Below are positions 50,584-59,759 of a stretch of 64,000 nt of DNA, in pieces. The stretch covers positions 544,001-608,000 of the forward strand of contig OY820905.2 of the NCBI GenBank assembly GCA_963555755.3, written 5' to 3'. The notes beneath the pieces were generated by a model. It was not told the origin of the DNA, searched no databases, and was given only the letters and a program-made list of their open reading frames with translations. The first letter of the stretch is position 1. Each line of letters begins with the position of its first letter. Made by a program: the position numbers and the translations under genes. The DNA is from Nitrospirales bacterium (lineage in GTDB: Bacteria; Nitrospirota; Nitrospiria; Nitrospirales; UBA8639).

Positions 50584-52052
50584 CAATACTGTTCACTTAG
50601 ATATCTTCGGTGGTTTGATGGATGGTGTCCAGTCAATTTGCGCAACGGGCGGTCTCGGACGTTTGTACGGTGCGTATGGAGAGTTTCTGCGTTTCACCAT
50701 CCTCGGCTTGATTTTTCCACGACTGGATTCACACAACAGTTTCGCCGTCGCCTCAAACAGCAGCCGATACCATGTTTTTTGGCGCTCAGGGGGGAAGGGC
50801 CCCAGATTGGGGCAGGGTTCGACGCACTAACTGCACCGTGGCCGTAAAAGATACTGTGCGGTCCGGGATGTCTGCCTGGGTGGCCCCTTGATACATCAAC
50901 CAGCGCACGGCGTAGTGGGCCATCACCCATCCGTAGAACTCTTGACGCACCAACTCCGGCGTTTTGCTGCGCAGGACGCGACGACGTTGCCTCAGGTGCG
51001 TCTTCAGCTCATCAAACACCAATTCCACCTCCCAGCGCTCGTGATACAGTTGAGCCAGGTCCTGGGCGGGTGCGCCTTGGTCATCCAGCAGCGTGGTGAC
51101 GAGACGGTACAGCGGTTCGCTATTGGGCCCCTGCGGTAAGACATACTCAATCACCCTGATGGCGATCCCATCAATTCGCTTTCTTCTGGCGCGTTCACTG
51201 GGATACAGATGGCTCAGGTACGAGCCATCGTCCAACAGCTTGTCAACTGGAAGGATCAAGCTCTTCGGCATGCGCCAGAGTAGTTGCGCTCCGGTCTGAA
51301 GGCCGGCCTGCCAATGGGCGTACCCGACAAAGCCGCGATCGGCCATGCAGAGCATGTCGGGCGTGAGGCGACGCACCAAGGGCGCGGCCACCTCCCATTC
51401 GGCCTGCTTATAGGCCCCTAGTTCGGCATCCAAAATGGCGTGACTGGCACATTCCGTCAAAATGGCGCACTGGGCTTGGGGGTAGCCGGCCTGCCCGGTT
51501 CGGCTGCCTGGGTACCCAAAGGCTTGCACAGTGGCTTCCTCATCCGGGACCTCAAAGTTGGAGCCATCTATCGCGACGAGTCGGTAGCCTGCAAAAAAGG
51601 CGTGGGCATGCTCTGGACGAGCCAACGGGCGCAAGCAGCGCTGCCCAATGGCTTTCAGCGCCTGCCACGTCAGCCGTGAGCGGGCTTTGCTGATGGCGGA
51701 TTTGACAACGCTCACGGGAGCCACAGGTTGCTGGTCTTGCCAGGACAGCCCTTGGGCCACAGCGGCAAACACCGCTTCGTACGCGGCCTCGCTGTATAAG
51801 CTCAACGCCATGGTGTAGTACACCACGGCAGAAGCGGGAAAGGTGCGGACACGTTCACTGTTACAATGATGTGCGTCAAGTTCTTCGTTGATGATGGCCA
51901 CCGGAAAGGCACGAGCCAGTAATCCCGTGCTCAAATAATCCGCCAATCGAGCCCCCGCCCCCAAGCCGACTTTCTTTCTTGCCATGTTGCCTCCTCCCAG
52001 ATTACGTGTGGAGGCGAAGTATAACAGATTTTCATCTAAGTGAACAGTATTG
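50584..52052 (-). mobile_element. Complete IS4-family element
   Basis: 19-bp perfect TIR CAATACTGTTCACTTAGAT; 10-bp TSD GGTCAGGCCT at 50574-50583 and 52053-52062. Confidence 0.93.
50786..51985 (-). CDS. IS4-family transposase
   Basis: AIDGS, ADRGF, YHERWEVELVFDELK; possible +1 frameshift extension to 50593. Confidence 0.93.
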   Translation of the reverse strand: MARKKVGLGAGARLADYLSTGLLARAFPVAIINEELDAHHCNSERVRTFPASAVVYYTMALSLYSEAAYEAVFAAVAQGLSWQDQQPVAPVSVVKSAISKARSRLTWQALKAIGQRCLRPLARPEHAHAFFAGYRLVAIDGSNFEVPDEEATVQAFGYPGSRTGQAGYPQAQCAILTECASHAILDAELGAYKQAEWEVAAPLVRRLTPDMLCMADRGFVGYAHWQAGLQTGAQLLWRMPKSLILPVDKLLDDGSYLSHLYPSERARRKRIDGIAIRVIEYVLPQGPNSEPLYRLVTTLLDDQGAPAQDLAQLYHERWEVELVFDELKTHLRQRRRVLRSKTPELVRQEFYGWVMAHYAVRWLMYQGATQADIPDRTVSFTATVQLVRRTLPQSGALPP

Positions 52053-52249
52053 GGTCAGGCCTTGCAATGCCACATACGGGGGGCCCAGACCTCACGTTAC
52101 CTCCATCGTGCAATGGCCCTTGCGTTTACTTCTCGAGGATACACCCAAAAGGACATTGCCGAGTATTTTGGCGTTCATTACAGTATCGTCAGTCGAAAGT
52201 GAGCGGAGGAAAGGAAGCCGAAGTGATATGGCATTGCAAACCTGACCCC
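52053..52249. mobile_element. Internally deleted RAYT/REP-type element (left end begins ~50572, interrupted by IS4)
   Basis: IR GGGGTCAGGCCTTGCAATGCCA / TGGCATTGCAAACCTGACCCC enclosing an HTH relic GYTQKDIAEYFGVHYSIVSR. Confidence 0.65.
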
Positions 52250-52365
52250 CAACCGTATTGAGTCAGGTTCAGGCTACATACCTTTCCTCCCAAGGCCAAA
52301 TGCTGATCGATCTTGAAAATATTGGACTCTAACCTTTTGTTCCTTCTTTTTTAGTTCAGGCTTAA

Positions 52366-52521
52366 GGGCTCGCGCAAGAATAACTTCCCATGTTTGGGCG
52401 TCGATCCATCCCGTCTGGCGGCGTTGCTCGTCCTTTCCATACAGGAGTATGCGCAATCCTCGCGCCTTGCCAGACAGGTGCCTCAACACCCAAACATGGG
52501 AAGTTATTCTTGCGCGAGCCC
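52366..52521. mobile_element. MITE family B
   Basis: ~32-bp TIR GGGCTCGCGCAAGAATAACTTCCCATGTTTGG; TAA duplicated. Confidence 0.88.
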
Positions 52522-52653
52522 TAAGGGTCACTCCCCGTCTCCCTCTCTCCAGAAAGATTTCAATTCCATGGTGGAACCCAGCCCAGCTCCTCGGCAGCAT
52601 CGAGGAGGTTCATCTCTTCCTCGTCCCACCCCGTTTTATGTACGGGTGATTTC

Positions 52654-55600
52654 CTAAAATTCCTGGTCGTCGTCGGATTGATCATCTAGGGTGGAGGGTG
52701 TATCTGGAGAGTTCTTGGGGAACAAAATAGTCGCGGGAAGTGTAATCGTGTTTTTGAGGACATTAAATGCCAATTTCGCAAAACCCGTCAGCCCGGTTTT
52801 CAATGATTCTAATGGAAGGGACTTGACCACCGGATCATTAATCGGCCCTTTCACCTCAAATACCGCCATATCGATGCTTTCCTGGTCACCTTCTAACAAT
52901 AATCGAAACAATGAAATTTTTCGCAACAGTTTAAAATACGATCCTAAAGGGCTTGCAACCAAAGCAAGGTCCAATTGGTCTTCAACTAAATCATACGTCC
53001 CTGCGCCTGTGAGTTTAAGTATAGGTCCGTCCATCACAATATCTTTCGAGCTCATGATTCCGTTCTTGATTGTGAGGGTTCCGGATTGCTTGTCAAACGG
53101 ATACCCCTCCTTTTCGAGATCAACCTTTCCTTGAAGAATCGCCGGAAGGTTCATCAGGGCTAACATTTTCGGTATGACTGTGCCTCGTCGAATTTGGCCA
53201 TCCTTCACAAGAATTTTTAAATCACCATTGAGTGTGGGGAAGATGCCACGTTCATCTTTTCCATGCCCATGAACCATACCTTGAACAGAAAGAGTACCGG
53301 TCACCAGATGTTCACTGAGATTTTCTGCACTCAGAAATGTTGTCTCTAAAGGTTGGAACGGCACGTCGTCCATATTGATCCATGTTTTGACCGTAGCTGG
53401 TTGTTTGACCGGCAAATGAATGAGTAAGCGGCCTTGGACCTTTCCGGATTCTATTGTACCCTTTATCTGATCCACACCAATGATACCATTCTTGATTTGA
53501 AGCCGGCCTTGTAAGTCTTGAAACTTCATATCTTTGTACCAGGCACGACGAAACTCAATTTTTCCTTCAACCGTTTGCGTAGCCGCGATGGATTCCAATA
53601 CCTCCCGGATGGGAGACCGATCCCCTTTGGGGATCAACAGATCAATATCAAATTGGGGAGCGAGCATCTCAAATTTGACCTTGGGTGTGGTTTCCCAATT
53701 GTGAATGGAGCCCGCGATCCGTGCTTGACTATCCTGCATGTAAAACTGCAAACGTTTGACTTCTGCGACATGACGATCAAACTTGACGCGAAGAACGACC
53801 TCAGACAAGGGGCTGTTTAACCCCTCCACGGACAAGGCGCCCTTCGTAAGCGCAAACCAGCCATTTTTATTCCATTGGCGCCAATCGTTCCCCTTGCCAT
53901 CAACATTCAAAGAAAACTCGATGGATCCCTTTTGTAATTCGTCATTAAAAACCGTCAAGCCAGAAGGAAGAGATGACAGGTCGAAGGGCGTAGCGGTGAT
54001 TGACGCAGTGAAAGGGCCCTTCATATTTCCATCAAATAAGCCATGTCCCGATAGAGAAAGAGAAGGAAGGGAGAGGGTCATCCGGTGAATGTGCAACCGT
54101 GATCCTTCTTCGAATTTCAGATCGACATCGAATGTGCCTGGGACGGTCTTTTCCTTGTGAAGGACATCACCCAGGGTCATGTCCAGCTCCTCAAGATTCC
54201 ACCGTGTTTGAATTCGGGGTCTATCAATGGGGCCGGAAATCGTGGCGACCACATCTGCCACTCCTGACATCATGGTCTGGATAGCGGAGGAATATTTGCC
54301 GACCTGAATGGCTAGGTCTTTGTCAGAAATACGTCCTGTAAGTTTTAAGGTATCGAAGACTTCGGAATCTTGGAATTTGATCGTGCCTTGTAAGGCAATG
54401 GGACTGGATCCTAGAAATCCCTTTAGAGGTTCAAAGCTGATATGCTTTTGTGAAAACGTGACGGTGCCGGCAACATTCGTTATGAGGCCTTCTATTCCAG
54501 GAATGCGGAGGGTCACTTGCTCGGCCTCATATCGAGCGTGTTCAAAAGAAATGTGTTCAGGGTCGTCAAGAGGCCCGGCATAGCGAATCGTCATCTTTCC
54601 GGCTCCACTCTCCCCGACAAATCCAGCCATGGCATGATCAGGGTCTGTCCAACCGAATACCGTTCGTAAAATTTCTACCAACTTTTTTGAGGGAACGGTT
54701 CCCTGTAATTCAGTAGACAGCCACGGCCCAGTGTCCCGAAATTCGATGTTTCCCGTACCCGAAGATACGGGAATGGATTCATAGATCCCCTGAATGTCTT
54801 GTAACTGAACCCGGTCTGGTTGAACGAACACGGTTCCCTGAACGTGCTCGGCTACCCCCCATTTTGTCCCAAGGTCAAAAGATCCTCCAGAAAGTTTGAA
54901 CTCCCCGGTTACACTAAAACCCATATCGTCACGACTCGAACTCGAAACAGTGGCGGAAACCACTTCAATGGTACCGTCAAGTGATTGATCGACTATCGCG
55001 TTCCGCACAGTATCAGGAATGATATATGCTGGAACCATCTCGATGATTTTCTTCATGCGAATCGGGGCACTGGACCATGTGGCGGAAATCGTGGGAGGAT
55101 TGGCAGCCAGTAATCCCGATATGCTGGCTTGGCCTTGTAAATCAATTGCGTCGGAAATCACAATTACATCAGACAGGACCAACTCATACCCTTGTAAACC
55201 TGGCCCATATTGGATCTGACTCTGAACCTTCATTCGGCCAACATGAGGTGGCACCAAATCCTGGATGTGAAAAATTCTCGCTAAGGAACCAAGGGCCGAC
55301 TGATTCAACTCAATTTGTGTTCGGACATCGACCTTCGGACCAGAAAGTTCTTTCGTCTCCTGAGGGGTGGTGGAAAAATCGTACACGTGAGACATCGTTC
55401 CTTGGAAAGACAGTTGGGACGCGTCATCACCATTGACGTTCGCGGAGAACAACACATCCATTGGTTTCATGGCCGACAAATTGGAAATGTCCAACGCGAC
55501 TCTATTCAGCTCAATTGTTTCAGGCTGTGAATGTTCAAATGCATCGACTATCTGAATAAACCCCTTTTCAATGGTGAGAGAATAATCAGTGAGGAAGGCC

Positions 55601-56031
55601 CCAACACTTGTTGAACCGGCAGACTGATTCTGCAGGATGGTTTCTGCGTTCCACTGCCCCTCTTCGTTACGCCGAAGGTAGACTTCCGGTTCTTCGATTA
55701 GCAGTCCTTTCGGAACAAATTCATCCTGCAGGACGGAGAGGAAACTCAAATCCATTTGAATCCGTGCGGCGTGAAACACTGGCTCGCCCTGGTCAGATTC
55801 AAGGATTTGAAGATCTGTCAGTGTCAGAGTGGGAGATGGAAAGAATGACACTTGGATGTCGCCCACTTGGAGATTCTGACCAAACGTATCAAGCATCTGT
55901 TGCTGAACAACGCGTTGGACCGTATCAAGATGAAAGGTCAGAAGATATCCAATGGCCAACGCCCCAAACATGACCAACAGGAAAAATATCAAGAGGGTAC
56001 GCCGCCGTACTGACATCACGTCACTCATCAA
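52654..56031 (-). CDS. AsmA-like (AsmA/YhdP family) periplasmic bridge protein
   Basis: N-terminal TM; P.V.L.RN..G.WN; beta-rich body; C-terminal G..DL...V.G...P.V. Confidence 0.8.
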   Translation of the reverse strand: MMSDVMSVRRRTLLIFFLLVMFGALAIGYLLTFHLDTVQRVVQQQMLDTFGQNLQVGDIQVSFFPSPTLTLTDLQILESDQGEPVFHAARIQMDLSFLSVLQDEFVPKGLLIEEPEVYLRRNEEGQWNAETILQNQSAGSTSVGAFLTDYSLTIEKGFIQIVDAFEHSQPETIELNRVALDISNLSAMKPMDVLFSANVNGDDASQLSFQGTMSHVYDFSTTPQETKELSGPKVDVRTQIELNQSALGSLARIFHIQDLVPPHVGRMKVQSQIQYGPGLQGYELVLSDVIVISDAIDLQGQASISGLLAANPPTISATWSSAPIRMKKIIEMVPAYIIPDTVRNAIVDQSLDGTIEVVSATVSSSSRDDMGFSVTGEFKLSGGSFDLGTKWGVAEHVQGTVFVQPDRVQLQDIQGIYESIPVSSGTGNIEFRDTGPWLSTELQGTVPSKKLVEILRTVFGWTDPDHAMAGFVGESGAGKMTIRYAGPLDDPEHISFEHARYEAEQVTLRIPGIEGLITNVAGTVTFSQKHISFEPLKGFLGSSPIALQGTIKFQDSEVFDTLKLTGRISDKDLAIQVGKYSSAIQTMMSGVADVVATISGPIDRPRIQTRWNLEELDMTLGDVLHKEKTVPGTFDVDLKFEEGSRLHIHRMTLSLPSLSLSGHGLFDGNMKGPFTASITATPFDLSSLPSGLTVFNDELQKGSIEFSLNVDGKGNDWRQWNKNGWFALTKGALSVEGLNSPLSEVVLRVKFDRHVAEVKRLQFYMQDSQARIAGSIHNWETTPKVKFEMLAPQFDIDLLIPKGDRSPIREVLESIAATQTVEGKIEFRRAWYKDMKFQDLQGRLQIKNGIIGVDQIKGTIESGKVQGRLLIHLPVKQPATVKTWINMDDVPFQPLETTFLSAENLSEHLVTGTLSVQGMVHGHGKDERGIFPTLNGDLKILVKDGQIRRGTVIPKMLALMNLPAILQGKVDLEKEGYPFDKQSGTLTIKNGIMSSKDIVMDGPILKLTGAGTYDLVEDQLDLALVASPLGSYFKLLRKISLFRLLLEGDQESIDMAVFEVKGPINDPVVKSLPLESLKTGLTGFAKLAFNVLKNTITLPATILFPKNSPDTPSTLDDQSDDDQEF

Positions 56032-56268
56032 CTCTATTGTCCCCTACTGTTTTCAGGTTCACGAAAAGGTTTATCCATTCTAACAAAGGCGCCATCGAGA
56101 ATCTTGTGCTTTCGACATCTCAGTTTCTACTTGAGCCCCACTTCCAATAAGGCAAGCCCCTCATGTATTGAAGTGGCTTGACACTGACGTGCGACGCCGA
56201 TATGTTCGGTTCCCAATAAAGAAGGGCCTTTACCCGTCCAGAAAGAGTGGGATCGGAATACTGGCCTG

Positions 56269-57174
56269 TTGATTTCTTTGTCACAGTTTCTACCCTTGAT
56301 GATGAATGCGTTATCCATCCGCCCTCAGCGCCTGCTTTCCCGAACCCTGACTGCCTCTTTATTGAAACTGTATGATTATCCTCATCCGACCAATCCTCAA
56401 AAAATCATTAAAGGCTACGACAAGGCCCATGCCATGCGAACCGCAAAAATGTGTGTCGCGGTAGCACGTTCTTTGGGACATGACTTGGACCGCGTCCACC
56501 ATTACCAAATTGCCTGTGTACTTCATGATCTGGGACGAGCGGGATTGGATCAACCCTTGTTTGGCAAAATTTGGTCCTGGGCCAAGATGCATGGCATTCC
56601 CACACGACCGGCTGAATGGCGAGCCAAACATACCAGCACCCCGTATGGCAAAGAAACGGAAGCATTCGTTCAGAAATATCGCGCCCAACTTGAAGAAGAA
56701 GGCATTCCTATTAATAAATGGGCCTGTGAACAAATTGAAATGCGCTTGGGTTATGCTCGGCGGATGAAACGCATGCTTCGTGTGATTAAGCCGCAACTTC
56801 GACATCTGAATATTTCATGGCATCGCTGGATGGAACAGGTTATTCTATATTATTATTACCCGGAACTCATATCCCGAGAACAGCCATGGGTTCGCGAATT
56901 AGGTGAAATCCTTGTTGCCTGCGAACAACTTGAAGCCTACAGCAATCGGCAACGCGGGCAGGACTACTATACCCGATCACAGGAAAGCTTCGAGGAGGCC
57001 TTTCGTTATTTGAATTCTTTAATACGAAAAAAGCAACTCGGTAGAAAAGTGGTTGGGGCGGTTCGCACCTTGACGGCCAACGGCCGATTTGATTCCATTC
57101 TGGCGGCTGCCAAAGGGAGCGCCCTCACACCCAAAGACATTCAGTTTCTGCGAACGTTGGCACCATCGCAATAA
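56269..57174 (+). CDS. HD-domain protein
   Basis: HA.RTA, ACVLHDLGR. Confidence 0.65.
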   Translation: MISLSQFLPLMMNALSIRPQRLLSRTLTASLLKLYDYPHPTNPQKIIKGYDKAHAMRTAKMCVAVARSLGHDLDRVHHYQIACVLHDLGRAGLDQPLFGKIWSWAKMHGIPTRPAEWRAKHTSTPYGKETEAFVQKYRAQLEEEGIPINKWACEQIEMRLGYARRMKRMLRVIKPQLRHLNISWHRWMEQVILYYYYPELISREQPWVRELGEILVACEQLEAYSNRQRGQDYYTRSQESFEEAFRYLNSLIRKKQLGRKVVGAVRTLTANGRFDSILAAAKGSALTPKDIQFLRTLAPSQ

Positions 57175-57176
57175 CC

Positions 57177-57599
57177 ATGGCAGTTCATACCCATCAGCTC
57201 TCACTTCAGATGCAAGGTGATTGTCATATTGAAAGTATGACCGCTCACATTCGACGTCTGCTCGAACAAGGTGACTTGGAAGCTGGCATTGTCACTATTT
57301 TTGTGAAACACACCACAGCCTCGGTCTTTATCATTGAGGACGAGCCAGGGCTCCGTGCGGATACAAAAACGGTATGGGAGCGGTTCTTGCCAGCTGATCC
57401 CACCTGGCAGCACAATACCAGAAATCCCGGAGAAAATAATGGGCATAGTCATCTCCGTGGACAATTTCAAGGGCAATCGTTAACCATTCCGTTTGTTGAA
57501 CGGCAATTGACGTTGGGAACATGGCAGGAAATCGTGATGATCGATTTTGATACCCGTGCGCGCCAACGGGAACTCATTATACAAATCATTGGAGAATAA
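57177..57599 (+). CDS. yjbQ: YjbQ/UPF0047 family protein
   Basis: HTTAS..I.E, N..SHL, LGTWQ....DFD...R.R. Confidence 0.88.
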   Translation: MAVHTHQLSLQMQGDCHIESMTAHIRRLLEQGDLEAGIVTIFVKHTTASVFIIEDEPGLRADTKTVWERFLPADPTWQHNTRNPGENNGHSHLRGQFQGQSLTIPFVERQLTLGTWQEIVMIDFDTRARQRELIIQIIGE

Positions 57600-57604
57600 G
57601 AGCC

Positions 57605-58765
57605 TTGCGGACACAAACCTCAATCGACACTAGAAGTTTTCGCAGTGGACGCCGCTATCGATTAACGACCTTCATTCTCTTCCTATTTGTCACTATGGGC
57701 AGCGCATTTTTCCCCACAATCGTGTTTGCAAACTGGGAAGCTCAATTTCTTGGGAACAATAACCATCAAGGGGCTCCGATACCCACACTCATTAAACTCG
57801 GACCTGATGAACGAGAGACCATTTCCATATTCGAACGCGCGACGAAATCAGTGGTGTTTATTACCAACACAGCTTTCCGTCGAGACTTTTGGTCTCTCAA
57901 TACGTTTGAAGTTCCGCAGGGGTCAGGGTCCGGGATTATTTGGGATCGTCAAGGGCATATCGTCACAAACTTTCACGTCGTGTATGGAGCTGACTCCATT
58001 CAGATCGTGCTATCGGATCAAACCTCGGTTCAAGCACAAATAATTGGGGTCGATCCCGACCATGACTTGGCCGTCCTACGCATTCGCACATCAAAGGATC
58101 ATCTCTTCCCAATCGATGTGGGGAATTCCCAGGAACTTCAGGTCGGGCAAAAGGTGCTCGCCATTGGAAATCCCTTCGGATTGGATCATTCATTAACTAC
58201 CGGGGTTGTGAGTGCTCTCGGGCGAACGATCAAATCCATGAACGACCGAACTATTGAAGGGGTTATTCAAACCGATGCGGCCATCAACCCGGGAAATTCC
58301 GGTGGTCCCTTGTTGGATAGCGATGGTCGTTTGATCGGGATCAATACCCAAATCATCAGCCCAAGCGGTGCCTATGCGGGAATAGGGTTCGCTGTGCCGG
58401 TCAACACGATCACCCGTGTGATTCCCCAACTGATTCGATTCGGCAAATTGATTAGACCGGGCATGGGCATTTCACTCATTCCCGATTCCATTGCCGCTCG
58501 ATGGGGCATTCAGGGACTGATTATTTCAAAAGTTGAACCGGGAAGCCCTGCAGAAAAAGCAGGGCTGGAAAGCGCACGAGAAACACGTTTAGGCCGCATC
58601 CAACTCGGGGACATCATCACCAAAATCAATCAAGAGCCGGTGAACATTTTTGATGACCTGATTCGAATTCTTGATCGACATAAAGTCGGGGATCGCGTAA
58701 CCGTTGAAGTGCATCGGAACGGAAAATCGCGAAAAGTCAAGGTGACGCTCAAATCAATTGACTGA
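57605..58765 (+). CDS. HtrA/DegP-family serine protease with one PDZ domain
   Basis: GSGSG, VTNFHV, DLAVL, IQTDAAINPGNSGGPL. Confidence 0.93.
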   Translation: MRTQTSIDTRSFRSGRRYRLTTFILFLFVTMGSAFFPTIVFANWEAQFLGNNNHQGAPIPTLIKLGPDERETISIFERATKSVVFITNTAFRRDFWSLNTFEVPQGSGSGIIWDRQGHIVTNFHVVYGADSIQIVLSDQTSVQAQIIGVDPDHDLAVLRIRTSKDHLFPIDVGNSQELQVGQKVLAIGNPFGLDHSLTTGVVSALGRTIKSMNDRTIEGVIQTDAAINPGNSGGPLLDSDGRLIGINTQIISPSGAYAGIGFAVPVNTITRVIPQLIRFGKLIRPGMGISLIPDSIAARWGIQGLIISKVEPGSPAEKAGLESARETRLGRIQLGDIITKINQEPVNIFDDLIRILDRHKVGDRVTVEVHRNGKSRKVKVTLKSID

Positions 58766-58877
58766 TTATTGAAATTCCTTTCCTCCCTTTCTTTTCCCCT
58801 TCACCACCATTTGCGCAAATCCAGAAAAAATTGTATTTTAAAAAAAATTCTTATTTCTGAACTCCTGGAGAAGCTTT

Positions 58878-59603
58878 ATGGAACCCTTTCCAAAAAAAAT
58901 GAAATGTATTACTGGCACGTTCACTGGTTTCACCGTTGTCTTCACAGTATCTATTTGGCTACTTGTCGGGAGTGGGTTGGCCTGGGGCAATGCTACTGAT
59001 CAAACACAGCTTGTGGACAATGCCACACACACCATTGAAAGCTTCATGGACGATCCTCAGTTAACCTGGTTTCACGACCATGTCAAAGATGCCAAAGCCT
59101 TGCTGATCATTCCACAATTATTAAAAGGTGCGTTTATTTTTGGGGCAGAGGGGGGAAGCGGCGTGCTCATTGTCCGCGATCAAGATTCAAATAATTGGAG
59201 CAACCCGGCTTTTTACGTGTTGGGCGGACTCAGTTTCGGGTTTCAGTGGGGGGGACAAGCCTCGGAAGTCATCATTATGGCCAGGACAGACGGCGCTGTT
59301 GAAAACCTATATACCTCCTCCTTTAAATTGGGTGGTGATGCCTCGATTGCGGCCGGCCCCTATGGTGCGGGGATTGAAGGAGGGACCTCAGCGAATCTCA
59401 ATGCCGATTTTCTCTCATTCTCTCGCTCAAAAGGTGCCTTCGCAGGCATTTCATTTGTAGGAGTGGTCATCTACGCCAGTGACGACTCAAATGAAGCGTA
59501 TTATGGAAAAGCCATTCGACCACTTGATATACTGACAAAAAAGTCAGTCACCAATCCACATGCCAATGGCTTACGAGAAGCAGCGAAAAAGGCTGTTCAA
59601 TAA
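58878..59603 (+). CDS. Ysc84/SYLF lipid-binding domain protein
   Basis: IIP...K.AFIFG...G.G, WS.PAF, S.GFQ.G, SRSKG.FAG, N.AYYG. Confidence 0.88.
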   Translation: MEPFPKKMKCITGTFTGFTVVFTVSIWLLVGSGLAWGNATDQTQLVDNATHTIESFMDDPQLTWFHDHVKDAKALLIIPQLLKGAFIFGAEGGSGVLIVRDQDSNNWSNPAFYVLGGLSFGFQWGGQASEVIIMARTDGAVENLYTSSFKLGGDASIAAGPYGAGIEGGTSANLNADFLSFSRSKGAFAGISFVGVVIYASDDSNEAYYGKAIRPLDILTKKSVTNPHANGLREAAKKAVQ

Positions 59604-59759
59604 TCTGTCATTTCGACCCTTGGGAGAAATCTCTCCATTGGGGTTAGAAAGGTTGCATGGGGGGTGGGAAATAAGAGATTTCTCCCAGGGGTCGAAATGA
59701 CAATGGTGAGGGTCGAAATGACAACGGTGGCGGTTGTTCCAACCATTCCTAATATTCCC

